Of a stretch of DNA of 64,000 bases, positions 39,501 to 52,469 are shown piece by piece. Both the position numbers and the translations under genes were made by a program. The notes beneath the pieces are model-generated. The model saw only the letters and a program-made list of their open reading frames with translations, had not been told where the DNA came from and did not search any database. Origin of the DNA: Moniliella sp. 'wahieum' (taxonomy: Eukaryota); assembly GCA_003971905.1 (NCBI GenBank), contig RSEE01000050.1, positions 310,001-374,000 of the forward strand, in the 5' to 3' direction. Positions within the stretch are counted from its first letter, which is position 1; every line of letters starts with the position of its first letter.

Positions 39501-40082
39501 GGGTGGGTTCCCCTCGACGCGCCCGAGTGCTCGGCAAGCCCCTTGGTCGGTAGGGGAAGAGGGAGCTGTGTCGATGGCGGCCGGAGGTCGGGCGGGTCGG
39601 GATCCAACTCGGGATCGGGTTCAGGCGCTGATTCAGGATCTGGCACAGGATCTGCTTCGAGCGACGGGACCAGCTTGGGCTTGGGTTCTGGTGGGCTATC
39701 TTCTACCACCGCCACCTCGACCAGCCTCACGCCGGGCTTGCCTGGATCTTCCCATTCACACGGGCTACTTCCGTGCCACCCTACTGCGAGCAGAGTGGGA
39801 AAGATCCTAGCAATCCTCATTTGACGTGCACTTCAGTTTCCGCGGCCAATCCCCTTTCTCATCCGTTTGCAGGCGCTCGGTCCACCATCGGATCGGCCAC
39901 GCGATATGGTCGGTTCCTCGCTGGGTAACGGATCGACGAATTCGTCCTTGGCCTTGGGCGCCGACTTTGCTTCTTTCAACGCGTCGGCTCAACGGCCCCG
40001 CCTGAAGAAGCGGCACACTCCCTCTCCCTTGTCCCGCGATCTGTCTTCCGGCTCGGGGTCAGGGATGGGTGGAGATGAGTAA
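36557..40082 (+). CDS. wc-1: White collar-1 blue-light photoreceptor (LOV + 2 PAS, no GATA zinc finger)
   Basis: YSSSGFDVL..LAKVAARPNPMVTIGPVDESCSFTIVDV...PIVYCS.TFLRLTGY..ILGR(N)CRFLQAP, with the photoactive Cys at 37891-37893, then QASLINYRKDGRPFINLVTIVPI..VGFQ. PAS-B reads ENSHDLTYVLSLKG.IFYVSPS..HPSDVVPVFRELKD..GRLHLEQGKGRK. PAS-C reads FWARVSTDGLFL. C-terminal SSWCYELHQLKNTNRRL. The start and last exon are approximate. Confidence 0.92.
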
Positions 40083-40882
40083 GGCTCAAGGTCTTAGTTG
40101 TGCATTCTTGAGGGATCGGATGGATTTGGCTGGAATGCGCCCGTGCCCTCCCTCTTGCCCTCCCAGCTCTCTTCTATCTCCCACCGCCATCAACTTAATC
40201 TCTTTTTGCATTGTTGCTGTTCCCGCCTTCCCCCCTTGTTTCTTTTCTAGTTCTCTGCCGTCTATTCCAATCCTGCTATCATCATCTTTCTTCCGTACCT
40301 CGTTCCATGGCATCCTCGACGGTGTTGCCATGCATGGTTTTGACGTAGTAGACTCTGTTCGACTACGAGCCCCTCTGTGCTCGACGTATTCATTCATGTC
40401 GCTATACTAACTGCCAGTCGTCAGTGCAGATACTCCTAGCGGTAGTACTGCCCTTTTTCATTTTGGTCTCCTACAGTATAGATCCCGTTCCTCAACATTC
40501 CCTCATCAGACCTCGACCGGGATGGTTTGCGAACAGACAAGAACCAACGCTGAAATTGAACGAGATTGTCCTCGTGCCCATCTTGAGCGTCTCTCTACCA
40601 AGCCCACGACCACTACTCTGCACCAGCCTAAAGGGCTGGGCAAAACGCTGCGGGAAAGCTAGCTACACCAGTGGTATGCGCATCATGAGAACAATTGCAG
40701 AGTAGACATGTGAGGGAACCAGCAGGGCGGGCGTCTGGCCAGCACAACGCCCCAAAATGTGAAATCCGGAATCCAGGAGGTAATAGGAGTGAAAGAAGAG
40801 GGAGCATACAGTCAAAATGTATACGTGGCCTCTGTTTGGATCGACAAGCTCCTAGCATGGAAAAGCGCGGTGCCGGGCCTCC

Positions 40883-42894
40883 CTATCCGGCTCCGGATTG
40901 AAGCGTGGGGTTCACTTTCAGTGGATCGCCTCGTACGCATAGGAAGAGACGAGATCCGGTGGACGGGTCCGTTGTCTTTTCAGAAAAGGTTGGTGCGAAG
41001 TGTGCAGGCGAGGAGTGTGCGGCTCCCATTGGGCCTGGGACCATCGCGCTATCGGGGGGATGAACCAGAGAGGTCGAGCTGGGATGGTGACCGAAGAAGT
41101 CGGCGTCGGCATAGGCAGCCGAACCTCTCCCACCGTTTCTCTTGGGGGTAGTCGTGCATGTCATCAAGGTAAGCCGAGGAAGTCAATGGAGCCGAATGCG
41201 AAGGTTGTTCGTGCTCTGCAGGTCCACTCGGGAAGGGCAATTGATTTTTCTTTTTCCAGAGGAAGCAAACCCAGGTTCGGACTGGTCGGGTAGGCGGGAG
41301 GAGGGTCCAGCACGTCCGCCGCCCTGGACGACGTCCTGCTTGCTTGGGACGCTGACCGAATGGGCGCAGTGAGATCGGTACGTGAGCCCCCCAAGGGAGA
41401 TGGACGGGGGGAACAAAGCGGGTGGACGACTGGGGGAGGGAATCCTCTTGGGCGCCACGAACCGGTTGCCTGCCTTGGTCCGAGCAATGCCCTCGGCGCG
41501 TACCAAGGCGCTGGGTGCCGAGGTGGCGCAGGCAAGGACCAAATGTACACTTTGTAGTCTTCCGCCATGCGCTCGTCGCTGCTGAGATCTTTAATTCCAG
41601 CCAGCTCCATCGATTCCATTTCTTCTCCGGCGTCAGGGAAGTTGGAGACGCTCGCCATCGTCCATGACCAGTTCCCTATGTGGGATTGAGGGCTCTGGAT
41701 CGACTGGGACGTATCCGCATCGCCAGCGAGGTCAGAGGGCGTGGCTTGCGCCACGCCCGACTCGGCAGCGGCCAGGGCTTGGTACAATGCCTGTGCCTCG
41801 TATGGCTTGCGCACCCGCCCATCCAGCACGTCTCGCCCGCCACACCGGGCCAGTGGTACACCCGCTCATTCTCGTCGAACCGAGTGAGGTAGATCATGGC
41901 CATGCCCTCAAATCCCGCATAAAACCCGCGGTTGCGAGTGTAGGAAAATAAAGGCGGTGGTGGCTTGGCCACCTTGGGTTTCTGCCCCTCGGGCAGTTGC
42001 GAATTGGAGTTGGTCCAATCCACCCCATTGACACTCATGTCCATTGAAGCGCCCGTACCTACCGGTCCTGCCGCGATGGCCGTCTCCGCGCCCAAAGTCA
42101 CCTTGTGCGTCTTGAACCCTTCCAGCGCCGTGTCGGACATGATCAACAGCACCACATCGTACACATCCAGTCCAAACATCAGACCGGCCGAGACGTTTTG
42201 AGGGCGATAAACGAGGGAGGCGACCACGACCCGTCTGGCAGACGGGCCATCACGAGTCCCGAGCCACCAGAGCCACCAAAGGGAGCCATACCACTGCGCA
42301 TGGACGTATAGATGGCGATCCCACGAGCCTGTTTGAGAACCTCGGGGGGATCTACCACGAGGAAATCAATGCGTCCGGGCCAAGGGTAGTGTTAGTACAG
42401 AGGGCAACGTGGCGCAACAAGACACAGGCAAGCCAAGACGGACCTTACGGATGATTTTGACCTTTTTGATGTGGCGCGTGATCTTTTCTGTGTGGGTTTC
42501 TTCAGGGGCCAGCTTGGCTGCCTCCTCTTTGGTGATGGGCTTGCCATCGGGACCAATAATCTGCTCCTCCACCACGTCTTTGCCATTGGGATCGTCCTCG
42601 GCACGACCTGCTCCTCTCTTCGTGCACAAACCCATCCTTGGTGAACCCGGTCACGATCCGCACACACTTTTCAATCTCCTCCATAGTCGCCCGAGCAGGG
42701 CCAGAAACGCTCGGCACCAAAGTGATGGCTCATGCCGTTGATGTAGCCGGCGGCCCAGTCGAGATCTTGACGCTCTTGCTCACGCCCGTGTTGGCCCAGC
42801 CGGCCCACTTGGACTGCTTGGCATTGCGGCCGGTGGTTGCGGTGGAAGTGGCCGAGGTGGCGCGGCCGGTCGAGGGAGTGACGAGCCCGCTCAT
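40883..42894 (-). CDS. SYLF/Ysc84-domain (Lsb3/Ysc84-like) actin/lipid-binding protein; 3' end uncertain
   Basis: GAERFWP..EIEKCVRIV..FT, then an intron near 42445-42352, then VLKQARGIAIYTSMRSGMAPFGGSGGSGLVMARLPDGSWSPPS..AGLMFGLDVYDVVL..KVTLGAETAIAAGPVG..FSYTRNRGFYAGFEG...RFDENERVY. No SH3 domain was recognised. Confidence 0.85.
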
Positions 42895-44331
42895 GGAGCT
42901 GGCACCTGGCAAGGGAAGGAGGGAAGGAAGGAGGTGCGGAGTGGGGGGGGGAAGAAGGAGGACGGGTGCTGTGGCAGAGCGTGTGCGAGGCAAGCTTCGC
43001 GTTGCTGCAGCCAGCTGAGCTTAGCCCGGCACGGGGCGGCTGGGCAGCTGGGCAGCTGGGCGGCTGAGCAGCTGAGCAGCTGAGCGACTGAGCTCAGGGC
43101 AGCACTCGGGATGGCTGATTCATGAGGAGTACGGAGTACTGACTCGGGCAAGTGACGCCGAGTACGGCATGGCACTACTGCTTACCTACGCGTGCTGCCC
43201 CACGTGTGCCTGCCGGCTGCCCAGCGCCCCGCCGCAGCCGCAGCCGCCCCGTGCTCCGATCGGCACACCGCCGCCGTCTGCGTGCAGATGCCGTCCCTGC
43301 GCTGCGGCATCGTCCCCATCATGCATCATCCACCCCATGCCTCACCCACCATCCATCCAGCCGGGGTTCCGGCGGCGCCGCGTCACCGGCACCACGCCTG
43401 TCACACGCCTGCTCCACGTCAAGCGGGCGTCGAGCTGCCGAGCCAAACGCAGCACGAGCTCAAGCATCCGCGGTACGCAGCACTCCGCACCCGTGGCACG
43501 TGCTGGATGGAGGCTTACATCAGCGCTGCAGCAGCGCCCTGGCGGTGGGTGGTCAGCTGGACAGTGTCCCACATGAACGTTTCATTGTTGGCATCTCGAG
43601 GCCTGGGCATGGTCGGTGATTGGTGAGTAATGCTCGACGTGAAATGTGAAACGCGAAGCTGTGACATGTGAGCAACAATGAAATTAATGCTGGGCTGGGT
43701 AGTCGGTAGACGCCACCGACCTCGCAGTCGCAGCAGGGACGTCCCTGCAGCAGTGAGCTGCTCGGCGCACGATGTGCGAGAGCGAGCAGGGAGGCGGCGG
43801 CGGGCCAGGTGCAGCAGCAGGCGGCAGTGGCTAGTGGGCCGGAGCGCAGCGTGCTGTGGTGCGGCACCCGCAACTGCGAGCAGCTAGCCGCCTGCTGGCT
43901 GCAGCGTGCGTCCCATCCGAGATGCTAGACCAATACCATGGAGAACAATGCACCACACAGCCGCGGTGCTGCGGCGGCGCGCAGGCGTGGGGCACGGACA
44001 AAGGACAACAGTGCCAAGCGCTCTGGATCCGAGGCACACCTGCAAGGCAGAGGCGCTGCAGGGCGCCTGTCGCATGCCAGCTGCCAGCGGTGCGGTGCAT
44101 GCGCCAGGCATTGCGCATTGTTCACGCTGCGTCTCCCGTGCCCACCGGTACACTTTTGCCTAGCTTCCGATCTCAGATCGCAGAGCGAGCCGCGGGCAGA
44201 CATCCCCCGTACCTGGCCTGCCCCCCCGCCTCACCGCCCCTCCATGCCCGCCCCCTTTTCTTGTTTCTTCTCTGCTTGCTCTCTGTCTTGTCCGTCTCCT
44301 GCCACCACCCCCTCCCTCCTCCGCGCCTGCG

Positions 44332-45875
44332 ATGCCTCCGCGCTACCAGCTCCTGGGCGGCGTCGCCTCCTCCGACGGCCCCCCCATGAGACTCGCTCTC
44401 AATCCTGGCTCCAGTCGCTCCTGCGCCGTCCGATGCGCCTCATCGCCCTCGCCCTGGGTGCTGTCTGCCTCGTCAGCCTCCTGTCCTGGCTCGGTTTTAG
44501 CGACACGGGCAACGAGCGCGCCCAACAATGGGTCCAGGCAGCCAAGGGCGCCGCCGGTGGCCATACTTCCGCTTGGTCCGAACCCCCACCCGCTTCCTCT
44601 TCCGTGCCCTCTTCCCCGCCCCCACGCCCTTCCGCCACCGTCCTCGTCGAAGGCGGCGAGGTGAGCCCAGCCGACTGGCTCTACTCTGCTCCCGCGGGGC
44701 GCCACCAGCGACATTGGACGAACTGACTCGCTGGGCGGAAAAGGGCACGGACGGCAACCTCTACCCACCTGCGTTTGTGCCTGCTGCAGCCAACAAGGCC
44801 ATGCGCGCCAAGGCGGCATTTATTACCCTGGTTCGCAACGAGGAATTGGAACAGATGCTCAGTTCCATGCGCGACGTGGAGGAGAAATTCAATCGCAAAT
44901 TTGGCTACCCTTGGATCTTCCTCAACGACAAAGACTTTACTGGTTCGTTGTCATTTCCGTGCACTTTGTTCTCAATCCCCCCCCCCATCTGTCATCTCCG
45001 CCGCGTGCTTTTCAGGCTGACTCGAATGTTCCCTGGCCGTTCCCTTGCCACCAGATGAGTTCAAAAAGGGCGTGCGGTCCATGACGCGGTCGGAGATTCG
45101 GTTTGGCAAAGTGGGTCCGGAACATTGGGGGTACCCCTCCTGGATCAACCAGACCAAAGCGGCCGAGACGCGGGAGAAGATGAAGGACATCATTTATGGC
45201 TCTTCCGAGTCGTATCGGCACATGTGTCGGTTCCAATCCGGGTTCTTTTTCAAGCATCCGCTCACGCTCGATCTCGACTATTACTGGCGGGTCGAGCCGG
45301 ACATCCACCTGTACTGCGACATTGATTTCGATCCGTTCTTGTTTATGCAGATGAACAACAAGACGTATGGGTTTACCATGGCCGTGCACGAGTACCCGGA
45401 CACCATCCCAACCTTGTGGGACGAGACGAAAAAGTTTATGAAAAAGTACCCGCAGTACTTGGCCAAAGACCATGGGTTGCACTTTATGACCGACGAGCCC
45501 GAGCGGCTGCTCGAACCCGGGTACAACATGTGCCACTTTTGGTCCAACTTTGAGATTGCCGATTTGCGCTTTTGGCGCAGCGAAGCGTACCAAAGGTACT
45601 TTGATCACTTGGACAAGGCTGGTGGCTTCTTTTACGAACGATGGGGCGATGCCCCCGTGCACTCGATTGCAGCGGTCTTGTTTTTGGATCGCAGTCGGAT
45701 CTACCAGTTTGACCAGATTGGGTACTACCATACACCCTACAAACATTGCCCGACCAACCCCAAGTACCACCAGTCGGGCCAGTGCACGTGCCAAGCAAGC
45801 GAGTCGTTTGACTTGGATGGCTACTCGTGCTTGAAGGAGTGGTGGCGTACCTCGATCGAGGGCAAACCCGAATAA
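44332..45875 (+). CDS. Alpha-1,2-mannosyltransferase, glycosyltransferase family 15 (KRE2/MNT1/KTR-like), 2 exons
   Basis: N-terminal TM segment (MRLIALALGAVCLVSLLSWLG), then AAFITLVRNEELEQMLSSMRDVEEKFNRKFGYPWIFLND, intron 44943-45054, then SYRHMCRFQSGFFFKHP..YYWRVEP..YNMCHFWSNFEIADL..GGFFYERWGDAPVHSIA. Confidence 0.95.
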
Positions 45876-47093
45876 AACCAGCCCCACTTCATTTTGTTCA
45901 TTCCTGCTTAATCTCAATCCCACCTCACATACGCCCTCTTTCTTTTTTCTTTTTCGTTTCGTTTGGCTGCATTGTGGAGCGGTCTGCTCGCCTTGAGCTG
46001 GACGAGGGACCTCCTGGGCTGGGCTCCCACCCTCGTAGCGTCCATGAAGCTGTGGGAGGCGAGCAAGGCAGGGGAAGACGTGGTGGTGATGCAATCCCGG
46101 AGGCACAACAAGGAAGGGCGGAAGAGAGACGGGAGCCGCCTCGCACAGGAGCATGCTGGGCTGCACGTAAAACGTGCGCGGGTTCACCGGACTTGAGGCT
46201 GGGCACTCTTTCTCATCAAGGTACAAACCTGCAAACCTGCAAGCAAACAAAAGGCTGCCAGCTCGAGACTGCGAAGCCATGCCAATAGGAGCTCCCAAAC
46301 ACTGGCCCTGCTACGCTTGGCCTAGCGGGGGTAATAGCAACCAAACCATTCAATTCCAGGGCGGCTTTGGGTTGGGATTGAGGTCGGGGATGATGCTTTA
46401 ATGAGGGGGGCACCGGTCCCCCTGAAAACCGGAGGTGCATCAGTGGGAACGGAAATTGGGCCCTTGCCGACTGGGTCGGACAGGTGGGAGAGGGATGCAG
46501 GACAAGGGAGTACCGTGAAGCGTCGTGGACGTGGGGGGTCAATGGGTAGGCCTTTGGTCATACTGTAGGGAGGATACGTGAAAAGGGGAAGAAAAGAGGA
46601 GGGTGGGAGAAGGTGAAGATGCCAGGAGGTTCGACGAGGGACGCCTTAGTTATACGGAGTACTACCTGGCATGTTTGCCATGGGCATAGTATCGACGATC
46701 GCTCGCCCGACGTAGCAATCCACCCGAACTCAATCCCGTCCCAACAGGTCCCATCCTCCATGAGCTCACCCAAGTCCATCCTCCCATCACCAATCCATCG
46801 ACAGAACTTCATGGTTTTGCCACGATCACGTCCATCGCGGCACGGTAGATCTGAAGGTGCGCATGCAAGCTCGGGAATGGAAACCCGTTTGTCTCACGTT
46901 TCGGCCCTCGAGCATCATCGCTGTACCACACCTTTTCTCGGCCCTGGCAAGAACCAAATTAGCTTTGTATTGCACAATGGGGGAGGCGCGTCGGTAGGAG
47001 CAATTCAACAACTTCAAGGAGGCTGAGTGCTGTTGGAGACACAATGCGGTGAGAAGAGAAGGATATACACGACGACACAACAAAAAAGTACAT

Positions 47094-48562
47094 TCATACC
47101 GCGGCAGGGCTTGCAGAGCGGGAGCAGGGGGTAGCGGAGAGGGGGGGGAAGGGTCTACTTGCTCGGCTTAGTCTAGCGAGCATAACGGGCGAACCGTCAG
47201 CGGTTGTGTTGACGTCGGTGGACAGTCTGCGGCGCTGCTGGGTACGGTGGAGGGAGGGAGGAGGCAAGAAGCCAGGATGGTCCAGGGTGGGCGTCTTGTC
47301 GGGAGCTTCGAGGGGAGTACGCTCCGATTGGGCTGGGGCCACCTCAACCTCACGTGCCTGCCTCTGCGTGCGCGCCTCGGAACGGTACGGTTGTCGTGTA
47401 TCATAGGGAACCTTGGTGAACAGCACACTGATCGACTCGCCATGATGCGCCCGGCGAATCGTCTCGGCCAGCACATGGGAAATATCAATCTCCTCCAACT
47501 TGGGACACAGCGCCTTGTTTCGCGCCTGAGGTAGCGTATTGGTTACCACGAGCGATTCCAGGGTTGAGTCACGGATGCGTTCGAGCGCCGGCGAGGACAA
47601 GATACCATGGGTGACGAGGGCCAAGACGCGTTTGGCACCGTGTTGGGTCAAGTTGCGTGCGGCTTGGTCCAACGTGCCACACGTATCGGCCATATCATCC
47701 ACGACTACCGCCACTTTGCCCCGTACGTCGCCTACGAGGACCATGCGCGACACTTCGTTGGCGCGTTGGCGTTCTTTGTGGAACAAGGCAAAATCCACAT
47801 TCAACGGACCGGTCCGCAATCGACGTGGCCCGCTTGGCCCCGCCCGCATCGGGCGAGACAATCACCACCTCGTCCAAGTCGAGCATTTCGCGAATGTATT
47901 GCAACGTGGCCGGCTCGGCATAGAGATTGTCCACGGGCACATCAAAAAGCCTTGAATCTGCGACGCGTGTAGGTCCATCGTAATCACATGGTCGCACCCA
48001 GCTTTTTCCAACATGTTGGCCACGAGCTTGGCCGTGATGGGCGCACGCGACTTGTCCTTCTTGTCTTGCCGCGCATAGTAAAAGTGCGGCAGGACCGCCG
48101 TCACGCGCTTGGCCGAGGCATCCTTGCACGCCTGGATCAGGATCAGCGTTTCCATCAAGGACGTGTTGGGCGACAAAAAGTGGTTGCCACTCCCGGTTGG
48201 GTGGGTGGTGGGGGTGCAACAGGAGGTATTGAGAATGTACACATCGTGGTCGCGTACACTCTCTTCAATCCGCTCTCTGCTCTCTCCAGCCTCGTTCCGG
48301 GCCACGAGGGCATTGCCTAGGCGCAAACCGAGCCTGGGAGAGAGTGGGGGAGGGGGAGCAAAGAAAAACAAAGAACACAGTATACGGTGTCAGTAGCGAG
48401 CGGATCCTTCGGCTGACGGGCCTTTCTGTGGGGGGGGACCACAGAGCAGCCACAGAGCCCAAAGAAAAGGGGCAGCACAACATACCGCTTTGCAATCTGG
48501 TGCGCCAGCTCGGGGTGGGAGGAGCCGGCAAAAAGCTTGATGGCGCCAGAGCCATGTTCCAT
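47094..48562 (-). CDS. PRS: Ribose-phosphate pyrophosphokinase (PRPP synthetase), 2 exons
   Basis: [19 protein letters not shown], intron 48485-48334, then [124 protein letters not shown]. Confidence 0.95.
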
Positions 48563-49626
48563 GGTGGCAGGAGGGAGAGGGGCAGAAGGCGATGGTGGGG
48601 CGGATGGTCGTGCCGGGGATGAAGGTGTGGGGGTCGGGACAAGCCACAAGCCGAGTGCCCGCGACCTATGGCTGGTTGTGGCTGGTGGGGCTGGGGAGGC
48701 AGGATGCTAGCCAGATAGAGGGGTCCTAATCCAGAATCATCCATCGTGAATATTGTTCCGTCGAGATTGCGTCCACTGAGGGCTATATTCGGTACTGAGG
48801 CTCTGGCAGTAGTACTCAGGGAGTGGCCCGAGGCTCCGGCCTGAGCGTCAGGTTGGGCCAGCTGGTTGTGCTAACTTTTTGGCGACGGGGGGGGCACGCG
48901 GATACGATCGATGGCCAGCGCGTAGGTCGCTTTGGTCTTGGTGTTCGTGTGTGTGGCGTGGCTGCTCCGCCCAGCTGGTGCGGCCTTGTGACCCGCTCGT
49001 GCTCCCCAGGCTGGGCCTCAACGTCATCGAGGTCACCGGTCACCGGTCACCGGTCATCCCATTTACCGTCGACATCATCGACCATGCGCGAGAGTGACGT
49101 CATCTCTCTGCCCCGCCTCGACCATCCATGCATCCATGCATCCATCCATCCATCCAAAATCCCCTCCACGTGGCTGCGACCCGGGGGAACTGGCGGGGAT
49201 ACTGGCAGCCGCTTAGCGCAGGCTGGCAAGGGCTGGACATTGGCAGGGTGAGGCGTGTGGGGGAGCGCAGGGGAGCGCTGGGCCGGTGCGGAGCTACTCT
49301 CTGCGGTTGGGCCACCCTCCTTGCATGCTCAGCGCTCGCTCACTCAGTACTCACGTGTCACAGCTCACAGCTCACAGCCCCCAGGAGCTGCGGCACAGTG
49401 CTGGTGCGCAAGCTGTGGCGAGAGCTGCACGCGGGGGGCACACTGGCGCCTGCTCTCCCGGCGCCAGGCCCCACCACGCCCCGCATCATGCATCCGCCAT
49501 CACCGACCAATCATCCACAGCAGCGGGGGTGCGGGCGGGAGCGGCGCAGAGCACCACACGCTCCCAGCCCCATCCATCCAACCACCGCCCGACGCCCCGA
49601 CCCCTCCCCTCCACACCTTGCCCGCG

Positions 49627-50188
49627 ATGGTACGCCAGCCGCTTGCCCTGCTGTGCCCGCACTCCCCCCCAGTCCCCGTTGCGTAACACCCCTCTCCCGG
49701 CTCCCCCCTTGGCCAGGATGACGACGAGAAGCAACGTCGAGTTTGAGTCGGCCAATGCCGGCGCGTCGCTCACGTCCCCATGCAGTGCTCGGCGCTGCGC
49801 AAGAACGGGCACGTGGTCATCAAGGGCGTCCGTGCAAGATGTGGACATGTCGACGTCCAAGACGGGCAAGCATGGACTGCCAAGGTGCACCTGGTTGCTA
49901 TCGACATTTACGGGCAAGAAGCGGAGGACATCTCGCCTTCTACCCAAACATGGAAGTGCCCAATGTGTCGCGCACCGAGTAGTACCAGCTGGTCAACATT
50001 GATGATGGTTTCCTCAACTCCTCACGGCCGACGGGGACTCGAAGGACGATGTCCGTGTGCCCGACGGCGAGCTCGGCGACCAGATTCAGGCCGACTTTGA
50101 TGATGGCAAGGATCTGATGGTCACCATTGTCTCGGCCATGGGCGAGGAGTCGGCCCTGGCGTTCAAGGAGGCGCCCCAGGGCAAGTAA
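49627..50188 (+). CDS. TIF51: Translation factor eIF5A (ATG-only first exon; many apparent sequencing indels)
   Basis: ATG at 49627, intron 49630-49716 (GTACGC..CAG), then DDDEK..FESANAGASLT.PMQCSALRKNGHVVIKG..VDMSTSKTGKHG (hypusine Lys)..AKVHLVAIDI..NMEVPNVSRTEYQLVNIDDGFL..VTIVSAMGEESALAFKEAPQGK*. Confidence 0.93.
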
Positions 50189-50480
50189 CGACCCTCTTCC
50201 TCTCGACGTTCTTTGCGTCGGATCCCGATGGCTGTCGGGCATGGCATGTATTCACCATGAACCCCCCCCCCCTCACCTTCCCCTCCGCATCAATTGGTCT
50301 CTTCCATCCCACCTACGTACATAGGAGTCGGTATTTGACTCGTAGTTTTCTCGTCACTACCCCCCCCCCCCGCCCCCCAAAAAACTACACACCATGTCGG
50401 CACCCCCCCCCATCTGCTCCATATACAGGCACAAGTGACCAAGCAGGAGCCAGCGTTGAATTGGCAAAAAATAGCGCACA

Positions 50481-52469
50481 TCACACAGCGTACAGGTCGT
50501 CCGCATTGAGAGAATCAGCCTCCACTTCCGCCACAGGCTCGCTGGGCGGATCGGTAGTCTGCGCGGGAGCCGAGGCAGTAAACACGGCCGAAGCATTGGC
50601 CGCGGGCGCCCAGCGCATCTGCACCTGTCCAATCCCAGGTACGTTACCGCCACTCCAAACGGCCTTGTCCCCTTCGTGTCGATTAGCCCACTGGATGGCC
50701 CAGCCGCCCTTGTCAGGGGTTACCGAGACGAGTGGGCCAAAAGACTCAAAGTGTTTGACCAGCTGCGCTTCCGTTCCTTCCTCGGTCGCTGTGCCTGGCG
50801 GCAGACTGACCCGCATCGTGGTCGGACGCAAATCCAAGTGCCCGCCGCCGGGGCGGTAGGAAGCACGGAACGGTTTGCTCCGAGGTGGTTCGGGCGGAGC
50901 AGCAGCGAGATCGGCTTGGGCCTTCGTCGCCTTTTCGGCAGCCTCCATGGCTCGCCTGGTGTTTTTCTTAATTTCGAGTCCCAACTTGCGCAGCTGAGTT
51001 AAGGTGGCACTTCGGTCCCCCGTCGTATCGCCCGGCGCGGGCAACTGTTCCAGCAAGGATTTTTGCATCTCCAGCTGCGCTTCCACCCGCAGCCTGTTTC
51101 GCCCGGGCATCCGCCAGGAGCATCTTGACGTCGGCAGGCGTCAAGCGCGGCGGTCTAGGGGGGGCTGATGGACGAGGGGGGCGTGACGCAGCCACGGAAT
51201 TGTGATGAGCATCAGCTTGACCTTCTTGCTGCCCCAACTCCTGCCCTTGCCCATTGCCCTGGCCATGAGCTCCGGGTCCGGTACCCCCGTACCCAGGACC
51301 ACCATGCCCCGCACCTTGTCCCTGACCCTGGCTCCACTCGGGCCGGTCGCGCTGGAAAAATACCTTGACAAAGCGGTCGCCAAAGAGAACCGAGGGATCA
51401 TTCTTGGCATTGCGTGCGTGCTCGGCTGTGGTAAACTTAACCACGGCCCGACGTGCCAACGGGTCAACAGAGACTTCGGCCAGCGGGCCAAATTGGGCAA
51501 AGTGAGCCCGCACCTGCTCTTCCGATGCGGAGGCAGGGGGATCCCTTGGACAACCAAACTGGTAGCAGCCCGTCCAGGCCCCGGCGCGTGGGCACCTGCG
51601 CCATACTCGCGCTGTCGGTGCTGACGGAGGGACGTTGGACCAAAGGGCCCTGCAGAAGAAGACTCCATAGATTGGGAGTACCCTCCCCCCTCGCCCGGGG
51701 AGAAACCATACGCCACCTGCCCTGAACCATCTTGCCCAGCTGGCCAAGCGGCCTGGCTGCCTCGCAGGGGCGGCCAAACCGATCCCGCTCTCGCGGCTCG
51801 TGCGATCGCCCCCCCTGCCGCCGGTAAATCCCTAGCAACGTCGGTACGTCCAGTGGCGCATGGGAGAACTTGCACCCCACCCCGCGCCCACATGCACCAC
51901 GCACATGGTAATCGCGACACAAGTTGGGGGGCAACTTGCCTTCGTAAGCGGGTTGCCCATTGGGCTCGGCGGCAAGCGCGGCCTTGGCTGCGGGAGGAAG
52001 CTCCAGGTGGCCAGAGGCAAAGAGCGGGTTGGGCACAGGTACAATCTCCTTGTTCCACCGCTCAGCGCCAGGTGCGCGATCGGAGCGACGCGGCGCATGC
52101 GCCGGGCCTAGCCGGCCCGATTTCGACGCCGGTTCCGCGCCGGGGGAGAGGGAGCGCTTGCGCTTGATCCGCTCCTCCGAATCGAGCGATGGGATGGCGT
52201 GGGACGGACGAGGAGGCACAGCGGTCGGTGCAGGTAAGTGGGTAGGCTTCTCGAGTGCATCGGCAACGAGCGTGGCAAAGCCTGGGGTGGCGTCGCCGAG
52301 AAACTCGGTGAGCTGGTCGGTAAGGGCAGTGATGGTGCTGCTGCGTGGGTCGCCGGGACGGATGAGGGCAAGGACATAGTCCGCCAGCACGTCGGGGCGT
52401 CGTCGCTGATGGGCGCGAGGGCGGCGGCGAGCCAGGGCTTGAACGTAGCCTCGTCGGGGGAGGGGGCAT
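50481..52469 (-). CDS. RBM26/RBM27-like (Rmn1-like) RNA-binding protein: PWI + CCCH zinc finger + 2 RRMs
   Basis: PWI: FKPWLAAALAPISD..PDVLADYVLALI..LTDQLTEFLGDATPGF. CCCH: CRDYHVRGACGRGVGCKFSH. RRM1: SEEQVRAHFAQFG..AVVKF..VLFGDRFVKVFF. RRM2: LDLRPTT..LVKHFESFG..IQWANRHEGDKA. Confidence 0.88.

Noticed and set aside
45012..46298. 428-aa minus-strand ORF
   Set aside because: Antisense shadow of the GC-rich GT15 coding sequence. The same applies to many antisense ORFs in 41-64 kb.
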